Below are positions 1-12,441 of a stretch of 48,893 nt of DNA, one piece after another (within the stretch, counting starts at the first letter, position 1; the number at the start of each line of letters is the position of its first letter). The notes under the pieces are model-generated. The model made no database searches, was not told the origin of the DNA, and worked only from the letters and a program-made list of their open reading frames with translations. This stretch comes from Octopus sinensis (lineage: Eukaryota), in contig NW_021834362.1 of the NCBI RefSeq assembly GCF_006345805.1, positions 1 through 48,893 on the forward strand. Reading direction: 5' to 3'. Position numbers and translations under genes: made by a program.

Positions 1-70
1 GTTGTTGTTGTTGTTGTTGTTGTTGTTGTTATTATTATCATCATCATCATCATTATTATTATTATTATTA

Positions 71-230
71 AGGCAATGAACTGGTAAAATCACTTTTTCG
101 GCATTTCATCCGTCTTTAAATTTTGTGCTTTAAGTTTTGTGCTCAACCGAGGTCGACCTTACCTTTCATCCTTTTGGGGTCGATAAAATAAGTTCCAGTT
201 GAGTACTGGGATCGACGTAATTGACTAGCT
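71..230 (+). mobile_element. tRNA-derived SINE family A (octopus OR/Nin-like), degenerate
   Basis: Core ccgaggtcgacctt.cctttcatcctttt ggggtcgataaaataagt..cagttgagtactgggatcgacgtaat shared with the other family A copies; follows an (ATT)n tract. Confidence 0.75.
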
Positions 231-299
231 CCCAGGATCGTCAGCCACTCTCTCAGAAGTTGACTAAGAAAATGTGAGCGCTGAAAGGTCGAGCGGAAA

Positions 300-1380
300 A
301 GGTTAATGCTTCATCGCCTTGCTGGTGTACAACCGACTAATTGTCGTATCTTGTACCAGCAGACACTTTGCCTGACAGCAGCGCATGCGCTCCCACTTCT
401 TATGGAAGGGTTAAGTTATGCTGACCAGGAATTCCATCAGTTGCCTTCACTCACTCCGCGATGGTCTCTGGATGCTGTCACTGATGATACAAAGGCAAGT
501 ACTGAGGCTGGCATACCTACGGAAATATCTTCATCATTGCAGTGGTGACGACCGCAACTACGAAAACGAAGGCGAATTGGAAGAGACGACTTTCATGTAA
601 CGCGTCTCTTTTGATGCTTGTTTCTTTGACCGAGCTCCAATTATTGGTCAAGTGTAGAATGAAGTTTGGCGCTTGGCCTCTAAAATGCTGCCAAGTACTC
701 ACAGTACTAACTGGCCAGACAAAGACCGTCAGCGGGAAAATATCTTTCACATTCTGTAGAAGGTTACACGTTCTGTAGAAGATATGAAAGACAAAGACCT
801 GAGAATGACCCTGAGCAGCGATGAGCATAGTCTGAGCAGTCTCAATTGGAGGCTTTAGAAGTCGAGGACTGTAGACAGCTCTTAAAAAGTCCTTGGCATA
901 GCAGTACAGCAGGGAAGCAGAATAGGGACGGAGGCATTACCTGTTAAAGAAAAGTACTAAAGGCACAAAAGTATTAACAGTCGAACTTGTCTGAAATGCG
1001 CGTGGGATGATGAAATTGTCCAACACACTATCGTTCAATGCCCGAGCATTAGCGATTTATGATCTTGTATTGAACTGTTGCGTTCACGTGTAGTACGGAT
1101 CTGGTGATCAGCTTACGCGATAGTGAAGATAGACGCACCACTTCCTTTGGCATAGGAAATGTTGACAATTTTCCTTTACCTGGTAACTACGATAGATTTG
1201 AAGACATGCATTTTACTTTCTGTCCAGAATGTCATCGAATTCTTCAAATTGTATTTAAAGGGGGAAGGTGAGGGTCGAGAGGGAAGTGTTTCCTTCTAGT
1301 GTGTTTTTAACGGAAGTTGGAGTCAGGGGCAAGACTAGTAAAGTTGAACGGACCTACTTCGAGTGTGTTTTTCTAAGTAG
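300..1380 (+). mobile_element. Degraded Tx1/L1-like non-LTR retrotransposon, ORF2 C-terminal part
   Basis: Disrupted frames give EALPVKEKY, a CX2CX8HX4C knuckle (RTCLKCAWDDEIVQHTIVQCPSI, ~981-1050) and KVRVEREVFPSSVFL (~1265-1310), typical of Tx1-clade ORF2 ends. Many stops and frameshifts. Confidence 0.65.
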
Positions 1381-1689
1381 AAGGAAAGAAGTTAAGAGGG
1401 AGGGAGAGAGAGAGAGAGGGAGAGGGAGAGAGGGGGAGAGAGGGGGAGAGAGGGGGAGAGAGAGGGATGGAGGGAGAGAGAGAGGGAGGGAGAGAGAGAG
1501 AGCGCACTTTTGATGTCTTGGGGATGACAGGATAATCTGCATCTTTGTGTGGGTTTTACTTCCAATAAACAATTAGGGATTCCCCTCTCCTACTGAGGAA
1601 CATGGATTTCTTTTGTCAACTTCTTTTCAGCTGACGTAACCCCTCTTTGTGTGTTTCTGTTTCGTCTTTCTATTGTTTTTCAATATCCT

Positions 1690-1890
1690 GGGCCTTTATT
1701 TCAAATTTTGGCACAAGGCCAGCAATTTTAGAGGTGGGGTACGTCAATTACATCGGCCCTAGTGTTCAACAGGTGCTTATTTTATCAACTCCGAAAGGAT
1801 GAAAGGCAAAGTCGACCTCGGCAGAATTTGAACTCAGAGCGTAAAGACGGACGAAATGCCGTTTAGCATTTTGTCCGGCGTACTAACGGT
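1690..1890 (-). mobile_element. SINE family A
   Basis: Reverse complement of the family A core and head (gaaaggatgaaaggcaaagtcgacctcggcagaatttgaactcag). Confidence 0.85.
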
Positions 1891-2656
1891 TTTACCACTA
1901 AAATTCCTCCTCCTCCTCCTCCCTATTATCACTGTACAAATAGAAGTAGTAAAAGTAAATGTATAGTTGTTGTTGTTACTGTCGTTGCTGTTGTTACTGG
2001 CAATCTGTTATTCATGGCGTAAGGAATCCCTCCGTGACAAACCAATAAAAATACAAGCTATATCAACAGATTACTTGGCGTGTAACACGCATGTTTATTG
2101 TTGCCATAGCAATCTACACCTCCCCCATCTTACGGTCATTATATAAATGGGCGTGTGTGTATTCATATATACCTACATACATGCACACACACATATACGT
2201 ATATGTATCTATATATACGTACATATATACACAAACACATGCACAGGTACACACATCCACATACCACATACATACATTCATACTTGTGTATATATTCACA
2301 CGCATACACATGCATTCGTACACACATATACACACCTGCATAGACTTACAGACGCTCGCACACAAGGTTCTGATTACCATCAGTTATCTATCACCTGCCC
2401 CCGACAAAATGGTTCCGACGGAAAGCGTTGCCACTAATCAGCATCCACCACCACCACCACCACCACCACCACCGCCATCACCACGACCACCACATCGACT
2501 GTCAGTCGACATTACAATGACGACGACAGCGACCACCGCCACCACCACCACCACCACCTTCCATCACCACCACCACCGCCATTACCACGACCACCACATC
2601 GACTGTCAGTCGACATTACAATGACGACGACGACGACGACAGCGACCACCGCCACC

Positions 2657-2688
<32 letters not shown>

Positions 2689-3134
2689 CAACAACAACAG
2701 CAACAGCAACAAGCTCCACTGCTTAATAACATCATTATCCCTTCCCTACAGTTTTCACAGAGAAATTATTACTGCTAAATTACCGACATCAAAGAAACAC
2801 CTGTATTTCACACGCCTTCCTCGGATTACCAGCGTCAAGTTGGCAGCCAGAAGATTCAATGTCCGGTTGTGAAACACACAGCTTCCTTTCAACATGGCTG
2901 CTTATTGGTTTCAACCACACATCTAAATAGGCCGCATAATTACTAGTCTCACAACCTACCTGGAAGCTAGACACGTTTCAAATGCACTTGACCTCGCTTT
3001 TCAATCGTCATGTAAGTGTGACAAGCACACTATTAACACTACATAAATCACGATATTCCTATATTACTCGTGTGACGTGTGCACGCACCATTTTTTTGAT
3101 TGCGGAGAAATTACACATTAAATTTCCCTGAACT

Positions 3135-3850
3135 TATGTAGAGAGCAAGCATTGTATACGTATGTATGTATGTATCTATGTATGTATGTATGTATGTATG
3201 TATGTATGTATGTATGTATGTATGTATGCATGCATGTATGTATGTATGTATGTATGTATGTATGTATGTACGTATGTATGTACGTATGTATGTATATATG
3301 TATGTATGTATGTATGTTAGTGTGTATATGTAGTTATGTATGTATGTATTACGTACGAATGTGTGTATGTATGTACGTATGTTTGTATGTTGTGTGTATA
3401 TGTATGTATGTTTTGTTATGTATGTATGTATATATGTAGTATGTATGTATGTATGTATGTATGTATTATGTATGTATTGTATGTATGTATGTATAATATG
3501 CATGCATGTATGTATGTATGTATGTATGTATGTATGTCTGTATGTATGTACGTATGTATGTATGTACGTATGTATGTACGTATGTATGTTATGTATATAT
3601 GTATGTATGTATGTATGTGAGTGTGTATGTATGTATGTATGTACGTACGAATGTATGTAATGTATGTATGTATGTATGTACGTATGTGTGTAATGTGTGT
3701 GTGTATTTATGTATGTATGTATGTATGTATGTATGTATGTATGTATGTATGTATGTATGTATGTACGTACGTATGTATGTATGTATGTATGTATGTATGT
3801 TGTATGCATGTATGTGTGTGTGTATGCATGTATGTGTGTGTGTGTGTATG
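3135..3850. repeat. Long degenerate (TATG)n tetranucleotide array
   Basis: About 700 bp of TATG/TACG/TGTG variants, seen directly. Confidence 0.97.
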
Positions 3851-4416
3851 TGTCATTATTCGGTTTTATTCAAGATTTCTAGTCAATACAGAAAGAGTTG
3901 GTTGCTCACCTAAATACAAGGCTTCTTCATTGGAATTTCGACATCAACAGGGTATTTTTACATTTATGTGTGTATATGTGCGGTATTTGGAGTCAGTGCC
4001 TGTGCAAATTGTATGTTTTGTTTTACTTATCTATTCTCATGCACACAGTTGCATGCCTAGACGTGCACATATATACTTAAATGATAAACTTCTGCAAAGG
4101 TTTATAAAGTTTTATAGTTCCTGTGATGGAGTGAATCTGTATTCTTCGAATCATCCCTTTCCTTTCTATATAGGTATGATTTTTCTTTGAGCTTAATTTT
4201 TCCTTCTTGGGAGAGTTCAAGCCGATTGCTAAGAAAGCAACAAGACTTTGAGTAGAAAGTCCCCGTCGTTTGTAAATATGTGGTTGACTTGGTATGTTGG
4301 TTGAACTGTCGATGCATATACCCAAGTGTGTGTATCTATGTAATATGTATATATTTATATATTTATCTATCTGTCTTTATCTACACACACACACACACAC
4401 ATACACACACACACAC

Positions 4417-4459
<43 letters not shown>

Positions 4460-4614
4460 TATATACATAGATTAAATTTTGAATTTGAAGCGGCTCTAAT
4501 ATTGTCACATTGGTAGCGCAAGCTTCACCAATGTCACATATTTAATATATGTGTTTTGTTTATGCGTTTATTGACTGCGCGATTCGCCCAGGGAATGCCA
4601 CAGTCAATAAACCC

Positions 4615-5024
4615 TTAAGATATCGAGTTTTACCAAAAAGCACCGAATACCTCAAATGAGACGAAACGAATCGCCCCGCAGGTGAAAGAGAACGGTTGAA
4701 TATCGAAACTTTGCTGCTGTTTCAGCTAGTCGGCACCGTATACTCGAGTCACCTAACGAATTCGATTCGCTGGTCTGAGGTCTACATGCAGATTGCGTAA
4801 AATCTATCTGCAGACGTGCAACGGTGCTGCACCAGAAGTCTAATAACTTAAACATTAACGATGGCACACAACCGGTATCACACAATGAATGTGTTTTATT
4901 TATTCGCATGCGGTGCCGACGAGCTGCAATAGTATTGATATTCATCGTTCTCGTTCATTTCCGGGGCGATTCATTTCGTCTGATTTCAGGAATTCCATGT
5001 GTTTTTAACACACAACGTCTTTAA
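4615..5024. mobile_element. MITE-like element with imperfect inverted repeats, bounded by TTAA
   Basis: 4652-4740 is an imperfect reverse complement of 4907-4988 (gagacgaaacgaatcgccccg / cggggcgattcatttcgtct; agctagtcggcaccg / cggtgccgacgagct). TTAA at 4615-4618 and 5021-5024. Confidence 0.55.
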
Positions 5025-5454
5025 GAAACTTTTCCTCGGACGAATCCCGCAGTTAATAAGCCTTGAGCAATATAAATATAATTACTTATTATCTTTCAAA
5101 CATTGACCAAAATCTTATTATTGTCTTTAAACTTTGTTAGTTAAATTAACAAAAATCCTTTGACAAGATGAACGTTCAAAACAAATTAACATATGTCATC
5201 TGTGTTATTTCAATTATTAATAATACAAGTTCACACATGCAATTACTCACCCACCCAAACACACATCCACACGCACACTGTACACGTACATACATACACA
5301 TACATACATACATACATACATACATACATACATACATACATACATGCATGCATACATACATACATACATGCATACATACATACATACATACATACATACA
5401 TACATACATACATACATACATACATACATACATACATGCATGCATATATACACG

Positions 5455-5565
5455 ACGGGTTTCAATAGTTTCCCGTCTACTAAATTCCATTTGCAAGACA
5501 TTGATTGATCCGCGGCTGTCGTGAAAGAAACTTGCCCAAGGCTCTCTGAGAGCTTCGACTCAGTT
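5455..5565 (-). mobile_element. SINE family B fragment, old
   Basis: Degenerate match to cgacgggcttctttcagtttccgtctaccaaatccactcacaagg...cttgcccaagg. Confidence 0.6.
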
Positions 5566-5929
5566 ATTTGACAAACACGTATTCGTATAAGAGCTTGCTG
5601 GGTTTCGAAAAGACATCTATAATACAAATTTAGTCGACGTAAAACGAAGAAGCAAGAACATCTTCGCTAATTAAAAATCCAAACTTGGAAGGAACTATAT
5701 TGGCACTGACTGTAGTTTACCCGTTCTCTTGTGATGGGAAGCAGAAGGCTGAACGGAATGCTAGAATTGCAGGTGCGGGCACAGCAATGCGGCAGTTCCA
5801 GTATTCTAAGCATTCTAACCCTAGAAGAGAAATGGTGGGTAAAAAAAGCCAAACTTGCTATCTTCAGTTCGGATTTTGTACTTAATTTTACCTATGTTCA
5901 TGAATGCTCTATCATGGATAAAAGCGGCC

Positions 5930-6250
5930 GAAATGAGTTCCTCCGAAATGGAATGTTAACCTTGGAGATCAGGGTTGCTATTTCATTGCATTGAACGGTT
6001 ACAACTCTGGTATTACAGACTTGAGATTAGAATGGTGCAGGGAGGAATCGCAAGACAGCGTCTTCAAGCCAACCAAATGGCACGAGACCTGGCGTTAGAC
6101 CAAGAATGAGATGTTTGGATAATATCCATAGTTTTAGTTGGTCACGTTTGAGAATCTATCCGAAAGGCTACAGACCGTTACTTCTGGTAGGACTCTAGGG
6201 AGGAGGTACCTGAGGACACTACCACCACGATCTTCATAGGATTACTGGGC
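5930..6250 (+). mobile_element. RTE-like LINE 3' end, degraded
   Basis: Frames give GTRPGVRPRMRCLDNI and RKATDRYFW, resembling the RTE C-terminal G.R.RGRP..RW.DNI / A.DR..WR motifs. Confidence 0.55.
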
Positions 6251-6869
6251 GAAGATAATGGATGGGTAGATGTATGGATGAACACACCGATCGTATAACA
6301 CATTTAAAGGAATTTTGTGACATTGTTCGACTGGAATATAAAAAGCTCTTACAAACGGTAATGCCAGAATATTCTCGATGCTTCCAGCAATTAAAAAAGA
6401 ATTCTCTGCATTTTATTGGCTTGGAACCTGGTTTTTATTTACGAAAACATTGCTAAAGATTGATAAAACCAGTGCATGAACTGCTCCGTATTACCTTGTC
6501 CACAACACAATTCTGGACAGAGAACAAAATTAATAGCAGCGCTGTAGAGATCGGGCTAGAAATGTAAAACCGGATTACAAACATAGATGAAAGAAAAACT
6601 TATGAATTTGTATATCAAAAATGCAAAAGCCTTGCTGAAAATACTTGAAGAAAATGAAGGCATTGAAATAGCGAGTTAAGAATTTTAAAAACTTTTATGA
6701 AAGCTGTTTCTAATTGAACCCGGCATCAACTCTGAAAATTCTGGCTCGCGCGCGAGTTTTGGACAAAATAATGGAAACATCTTGTTAAATGTAAGTTTTC
6801 TTATTTAATTTGGAGTTGATCCACCTGGAATTGATGCGTACAGATTCTGAGCAGTCGCTAGGTGAATTT

Positions 6870-7636
6870 TGAGCCAAACCTATTTTAACTCTTACAGCAG
6901 GAAATTGCTTTTTCCTTACTGTTCCAAAATATACCATAAATGTTCAGTTATATGGAGATCCAGTTACCAATTCTGACTAACTTTAGCTGTATGAATCAGC
7001 GCATTATCGTCCTGGAAGATAGCGCTACCATGAGAGAACGGTGTTGTCTCATAGGACGGTCATGATCAGCCAAAATACTCAGATAATTATTGACTTTAAT
7101 TCTCCAATGTAAAACAACTAAAAAAACTAAAAGTATTTCGTGATAGGGCTGTCCAAATCTCTCTTAGCCACCGCCATGGTTCACGTTTATGGCCAGCCAG
7201 GGTTGAAAGCTTATTAGGGCTATCTCCAGCAAAAAACTGAAGTGGAAAAAAGAGTAAATAATGATTTATCAGAGAATCTGACTTCATTCCATTGAACCAT
7301 TGACCACTTCTGATAATCTCACATAATTTTTAAGCAGAGGTTTAGCTATTGCAGCCTTCCCAGGATTTACAGCTTTTCGGAACTCATGACAAAAGGTTTT
7401 GGCAAATTAGCAGTCTAACACTGATGTCACTTTTGCTGTGGTAGTTCGATAGATTTTTAGATTCAATGTTTCAGCTTTGTTCTCCATCTAGAATTATGCT
7501 TACCAGAGCTGGTCCAAATTCGGTTTTCGAATGTACCTCTCAAAATATTAAACAGCTCAGCACTTCTAGTGACTGAAGCACCACTTACCCGAACTCCAAC
7601 AACTTGTCTTCTTTGGAAATTAGATAGGCTGAACAT
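6870..7636 (-). mobile_element. Tc1-family transposase pseudogene
   Basis: N-terminus MFSLSNFQRRQVVGVRVSGASVTRSAELF (ATG at 7636). First catalytic D region WNEVRFSDKSLFTLF (~7270), second D region IFQDDNALIHTAKV (~6980-7020), E region DLHITEHLWYILE (~6920-6955). Multiple stops and frameshifts. Confidence 0.87.
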
Positions 7637-8320
7637 TTTAATTTATTTAGATATAAATATTTGCAAAATGAAAAAGAAAAAAAAAGAAGAAAAACAGATA
7701 TTTATACCACGGAGTACAGGGCATACAAAAACATAAAAACACATACACAGGTTAGAAACAGTTTTGAATTTGTCATATTACCAATTGAAATAACAGTTAA
7801 ATTAAAATAGTGTTCCTGTTATTTTGTTTATCCCATGCGAGCACGTGAGTGTGTGTCAGTGTACGTGTGTGTGCGTGTGCGTGCGTGTTTGTGTGTGTGT
7901 GTGTTTGTGTATACAAGATATGAATATGTATAAAATGTATGTATGCATTTATACAAACATATATTATATTCATATACATATGTGTATATATATATATGTA
8001 GATGTATATGTATATATATATGTATATATATAATATATAATATATATATATATAATTTATATATACGTATATTTATATATAATATATATAGATATATATA
8101 TATATATATATGTATGTATATATATATATATATAATATTATATAAATATATTTCTCTATATATATGTATATACGTATGTATATATATATATATGCATATA
8201 TGTATATATATATTTATATAAATATATATACATGAGTATATATCATATATACAGGTAATACAGTCTTATATACACATGTGATTACACAAACACACAGACA
8301 CAGATAAACACACACACATA

Positions 8321-8359
<39 letters not shown>

Positions 8360-9139
8360 CACACAGATAAACATACATTCGCACACTTCCCTTCGCCAGC
8401 TCTCAATTTAATTTCCCGATAAAATATAACAAGTTAGAAATTAGAAAGAAATTATAATTCTAACTGAAGTCTAAGTAGGCCAAGAAGCAAACAAAAACTA
8501 CCCCCGTTCAGTTCCGAAAGGCAATTTACTGCAATGTCTGTTTATTTTTAGTGGGGTCGTTTCAACTTCACTCTAATTGGCCCCAATTTACTATAATTGG
8601 AACTATAATTGGCCCAAAAGTAGTTTTGTCTTCTTTTTTTTTTTCTCTCTTTCGTAATTAATATTCGTAATTATCATTTCCTTTATTTTATTTTCGACAT
8701 CCTCACCCCTCACACCACACGCGCACTGATGCCACCATCACAACCACCTGTCTATTTGCATGTCTGTCACTACCATCATCTTAGCACTTACAATCTCACA
8801 CCTGCCGCTGCACCTCCTCTTCTTCCTCCTCCTCCTCCTCCTCCTCCTCCTCTTCCTACCGCTGCTGCTACTGCTGCTGTTGCTGCTGTCACAATCACCC
8901 TCAATGGATTTGCAACGAAAGTTATCACCACCGCTTTCACCACCACCACCACCACCACCACCATCCTCCTCTATCACTATACTCCTCCACCCTCATCTCA
9001 TTATCATCTCAAATATCACCATCCTTACCATCGCTGACATCTCCCACCACCACCACCACCAACACCACCACTATCACCGTCACCTCAACCACCATCGCCG
9101 CCACCTCTGCCACCATCATCACCGCCAGAAGCTGTCTTA

Positions 9140-9380
9140 AACCTTTAGTATGTTAGTTTCAAATTGTGGTACAAGGATAGTAATTTCGGAGGGGAGGGGG
9201 AGAAAATCGATTACATCGACCCCCTCCTCTTCCCAGTGCTCAACTGCGCTCAGCTTATTTTATCGAGCCGAAAGGATGAAAGGTAAAGTCGTGCTCAGCA
9301 GACTTTGAGCTCAGAACATAAAGGCGGGTAAAACGCCGCTTAGCTCTTTGTCCAGCGTGCTAACGATTCTGCCAGCTCTC
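9140..9380 (-). mobile_element. SINE family A
   Basis: Reverse-complement core gaaaggatgaaaggtaaagtcg...ttgagctcagaac...agcgtgctaacgattctgccagct. Confidence 0.8.
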
Positions 9381-9647
9381 CAAATTAAACTTCCAATAGA
9401 TCGAAATAAAGAAGAAGCGAAAAATCTCAGCTAATGAAGGAACAATCTAGTAACCAGTCTGTAAATGGTGGAAAACCCATTTTTTAAATCCATAAATTTA
9501 GTCGAACAATCAAACATTTTTCTTCTTTACTTCTTGATCTTGACTTCTTAATCTTATATTATCACTCACTCTCAGAAAATGTATGCATATAAATCCAGTT
9601 TTATCTATACGTGTATGTAGACATACGTGTATGTAGGCGTGTATATA

Positions 9648-9706
<59 letters not shown>

Positions 9707-10018
9707 TTGTAATTATACACACACATACATATTTGCGTGGATGTGCGTGTGTGCATGTGTTTACATATTTGAACAAACACATTTACACAATAACGTTGTA
9801 ATACAATGGACCACGTTGTGCTCGCAGAGTCAGAAATGGGCGGAGAGAGGGGACGAAAACAGCTCCATATTGCTTTTTTTTTTTCTCAAACTTTATGATT
9901 TAGTTTCTGAATGTGATGGATTTTCACACTTCCGTATGGACATTATTTCTCATCTGCTCATCGAAAGAATATTTATTAGTTTTATTGCATTGTTTGGAAA
10001 AAAAAAAAAATTGGATTA

Positions 10019-11142
10019 TAATGAAAAATGCGAGCGCATTTCATGCTAATATTCTTAAGTTATAATATCTGGAAAAGTTCAGAACAAGATTTCTACAGTA
10101 GAATTTGCCTTATTTGTCACCTCCAAAGGAAACTAAAAATTACTTAAAATTAAAATTCTACTGTACTTAAAATATTGCAGCCGAGAATAACATTTTTAAA
10201 ATTAAAAAAACATTATATCAGATAAATTTGCGATAATTTATTTTATTTATTAAGAGAATCTACAAAACAAATAAATCTTTAAAAGTATGGTACAAAAATA
10301 ATCAAAAATAAATTTAAACAAAAACTATTTTTTAAAATTATGTCTTTTGAAATATACGATTAAAATAGCCATTTTATTTAGTTGTATCAAGTACAAACAA
10401 TAAAATATGAAGCTATAAGTAATATTGCACAAGATTTTTTTCACTTCAGTTGAAATCCCATTACAAGAAAACAAACAAACAAAACACAACACATTGATTG
10501 TAGTAGAATGTTCATTAAATGGTTTCAAGTCAACCGTATGTTGAGTCAATTCTTCCACATTAAAATCTGGCAAATAAATCCTAAGTAAAATTATTAGTTA
10601 GCATTAATAGAGTACCGAGTTAGCCTAATTCGTCTTGGCTAATTCGTTTCTTCACCTAATTCGTCACTTCCAATTTTCTCCTAGGCCGACTAATTAGGCG
10701 AATTCTAGTGTAATTTAAAAAAAAATAATTTTATCTTATTTCATTTTTAAAATAGTAATTTTTCCAAAAATAATCCTATGGGCTTAAATACAGACTTAAA
10801 TAATTTTGCTTAAACGTTTTGTTTTCTGAAAATTATAAAAATTACTGGGACTATTATACATGAAAAGAGTTTCTGAATATAAACCCATAGGCTTAAAATC
10901 AGAAAATTGGAAAAACCCAGAAATGTTTTTATAATTTTCGTTTTAATAAAATATAGTAAATTTTAGAAATGTTATTCTCGGCAGCAATATTTTAAGTACA
11001 GTAGAATTTTAATTTTAAGTACTTTTTAGTTTCCTTTAGAGGTGGCGAATTAGGCAAATTCTACTGTTGAAATCTTGTTCTGTACTTTTCCAGATATTAT
11101 AACTTAAGAATATTAGCATGTATGCGCCCCAACTTTTCATTG
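10019..11142. mobile_element. Non-autonomous DNA transposon (long MITE) with ~185-bp TIRs and TA flanks
   Basis: 10019-10203 is a reverse complement of ~10950-11142 (catgctaatattcttaagttataatatctggaaaagt / acttttccagatattataacttaagaatattagcatg). Termini (T/C)AATGAAAA...TTTTCATTG, flanked by TA at 10017-10018 and 11143-11144. No ORF inside. Confidence 0.8.
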
Positions 11143-11194
<52 letters not shown>

Positions 11195-11260
11195 ATGAGG
11201 AGTTTTCGTCAGGATAACTTATTAAACATAATGGGTATGCGTTCTGAGAGCTCACTACTT

Positions 11261-11315
<55 letters not shown>

Positions 11316-11344
11316 CACACACATATATATATATGTGTGTGTGT

Positions 11345-11570
11345 GTATGTGTGTGTGTGTGTGTGTCTGTGTTTGTCCCCACCACCATCGCTTGACAACT
11401 GATGTTGGTGTGTTTACGTCCCCGTAACTAGCGGTTCGGCCTAAGAGACCGATAGAATGAGTACTAGGCTTACAAAGAATAAGTCCTGGAGTCGAGTAGA
11501 TCGATTAGAGGCGGTGCTCCAGCATGGCCGCAATCAAATGACTGAAACAATTAAAAGAATAAAAGAATAT
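11345..11570 (+). mobile_element. SINE family B, 3' half
   Basis: gtctgtgtttgtcccc...gcttgacaactgatgttggtgtgtttacgtccccgtaac...ggcggtgctccagcatggccgcaatcaaatgactgaaacaattaaaagaata. Confidence 0.9.
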
Positions 11571-11774
11571 ACATACACACACATATATATGTGATATAAA
11601 TATATATATATGTGCGTGTGCGTGTGTGTGTGTGCATGTGTGTGTGTGCGTGTTTTTGTGTGCGTATGTATGCGTATATGAATATATATATATATGCTTG
11701 TCTGTGTGATTGTGTGTGAGAGAGAGAGAGTGTATGTGTGAGTAAGCAAATATTTTAGACTTATGAATATGCAG

Positions 11775-11925
11775 GTGCAGGCGCAGGCGTAGCCGTGTGG
11801 CAAGAAATTTGTTTCCCAACCACATAGTTCCGGGTTCAGTTCCACTGAGTGGCTTCCATTAGAGCTTCGGGCTGATTAAAGCCTTGTGTAGATATAAGAA
11901 TGGAATCTGAAAGAAACCCGTCGTA
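11775..11925 (+). mobile_element. SINE family B, 5' half (tRNA-like head)
   Basis: ggcgcaggcgtagccgtgtggcaag...ccaaccacatagttccgggttcagttcc with A- and B-box-like motifs. Confidence 0.8.
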
Positions 11926-11952
11926 TATATATATACATATACATATATATGT

Positions 11953-11981
<29 letters not shown>

Positions 11982-11983
<2 letters not shown>

Positions 11984-12350
11984 CTCTTTTACTCTTTTAC
12001 TTGTTTCAGTCATTTGACTGCGGCCATGCTGGAGCACCGCCTTTAGTCGAGCAAATCGACCCCGGGACTTATCTCTTTGTAAGCCCAGTCACTTATTCTA
12101 TCTGTCTCTTTTGCGAACCGCTAAGTGACGGGGACGTAAACACACCAGCATCGGTTGTCAAGCATGCTAGAGGGAAACACAGACACACAAACATACATAC
12201 ACATACATACATATATATATATATACATATATACGACAGGCTTCTTTCAGTTTCCGTCTACCAAATCCACTCACAAGGCATTGGTCGGCCCGAGGCTATA
12301 GTAGAAGACACTTGCCCAAGATGCCACGCAGTGGGACTGAACCCAGAACC
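11982..12350 (-). mobile_element. SINE family B (octopus OK/MESC-like), 5'-truncated
   Basis: Reverse complement of the family B body, with a (TACTCTTT)n tail and an internal CA/TA microsatellite. Confidence 0.92.
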
Positions 12351-12410
12351 ATATATATATTACACGAATCAAATCTACTCCTCAGAGTTTATATGGTATA
12401 TTGTCATTGT

Positions 12411-12441
<31 letters not shown>

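Noticed and set aside
1384-1502. G-quadruplex/triplex-forming GA-rich tract as a special element
   Set aside because: An ordinary degenerate (GA)n microsatellite, common throughout this type of genome.
7589-7628. 40-nt minus-strand exon-like segment with a GTAAGT donor
   Set aside because: It is the N-terminal coding region of the Tc1 transposase pseudogene.
8729-9140. Pro/Ala/Thr/His-rich ORFs resembling transcription-factor low-complexity regions
   Set aside because: Built from CCT/GCT/ACC triplet runs, open in several frames on both strands and ending in a SINE; on the wrong strand or lacking splice sites for rough.
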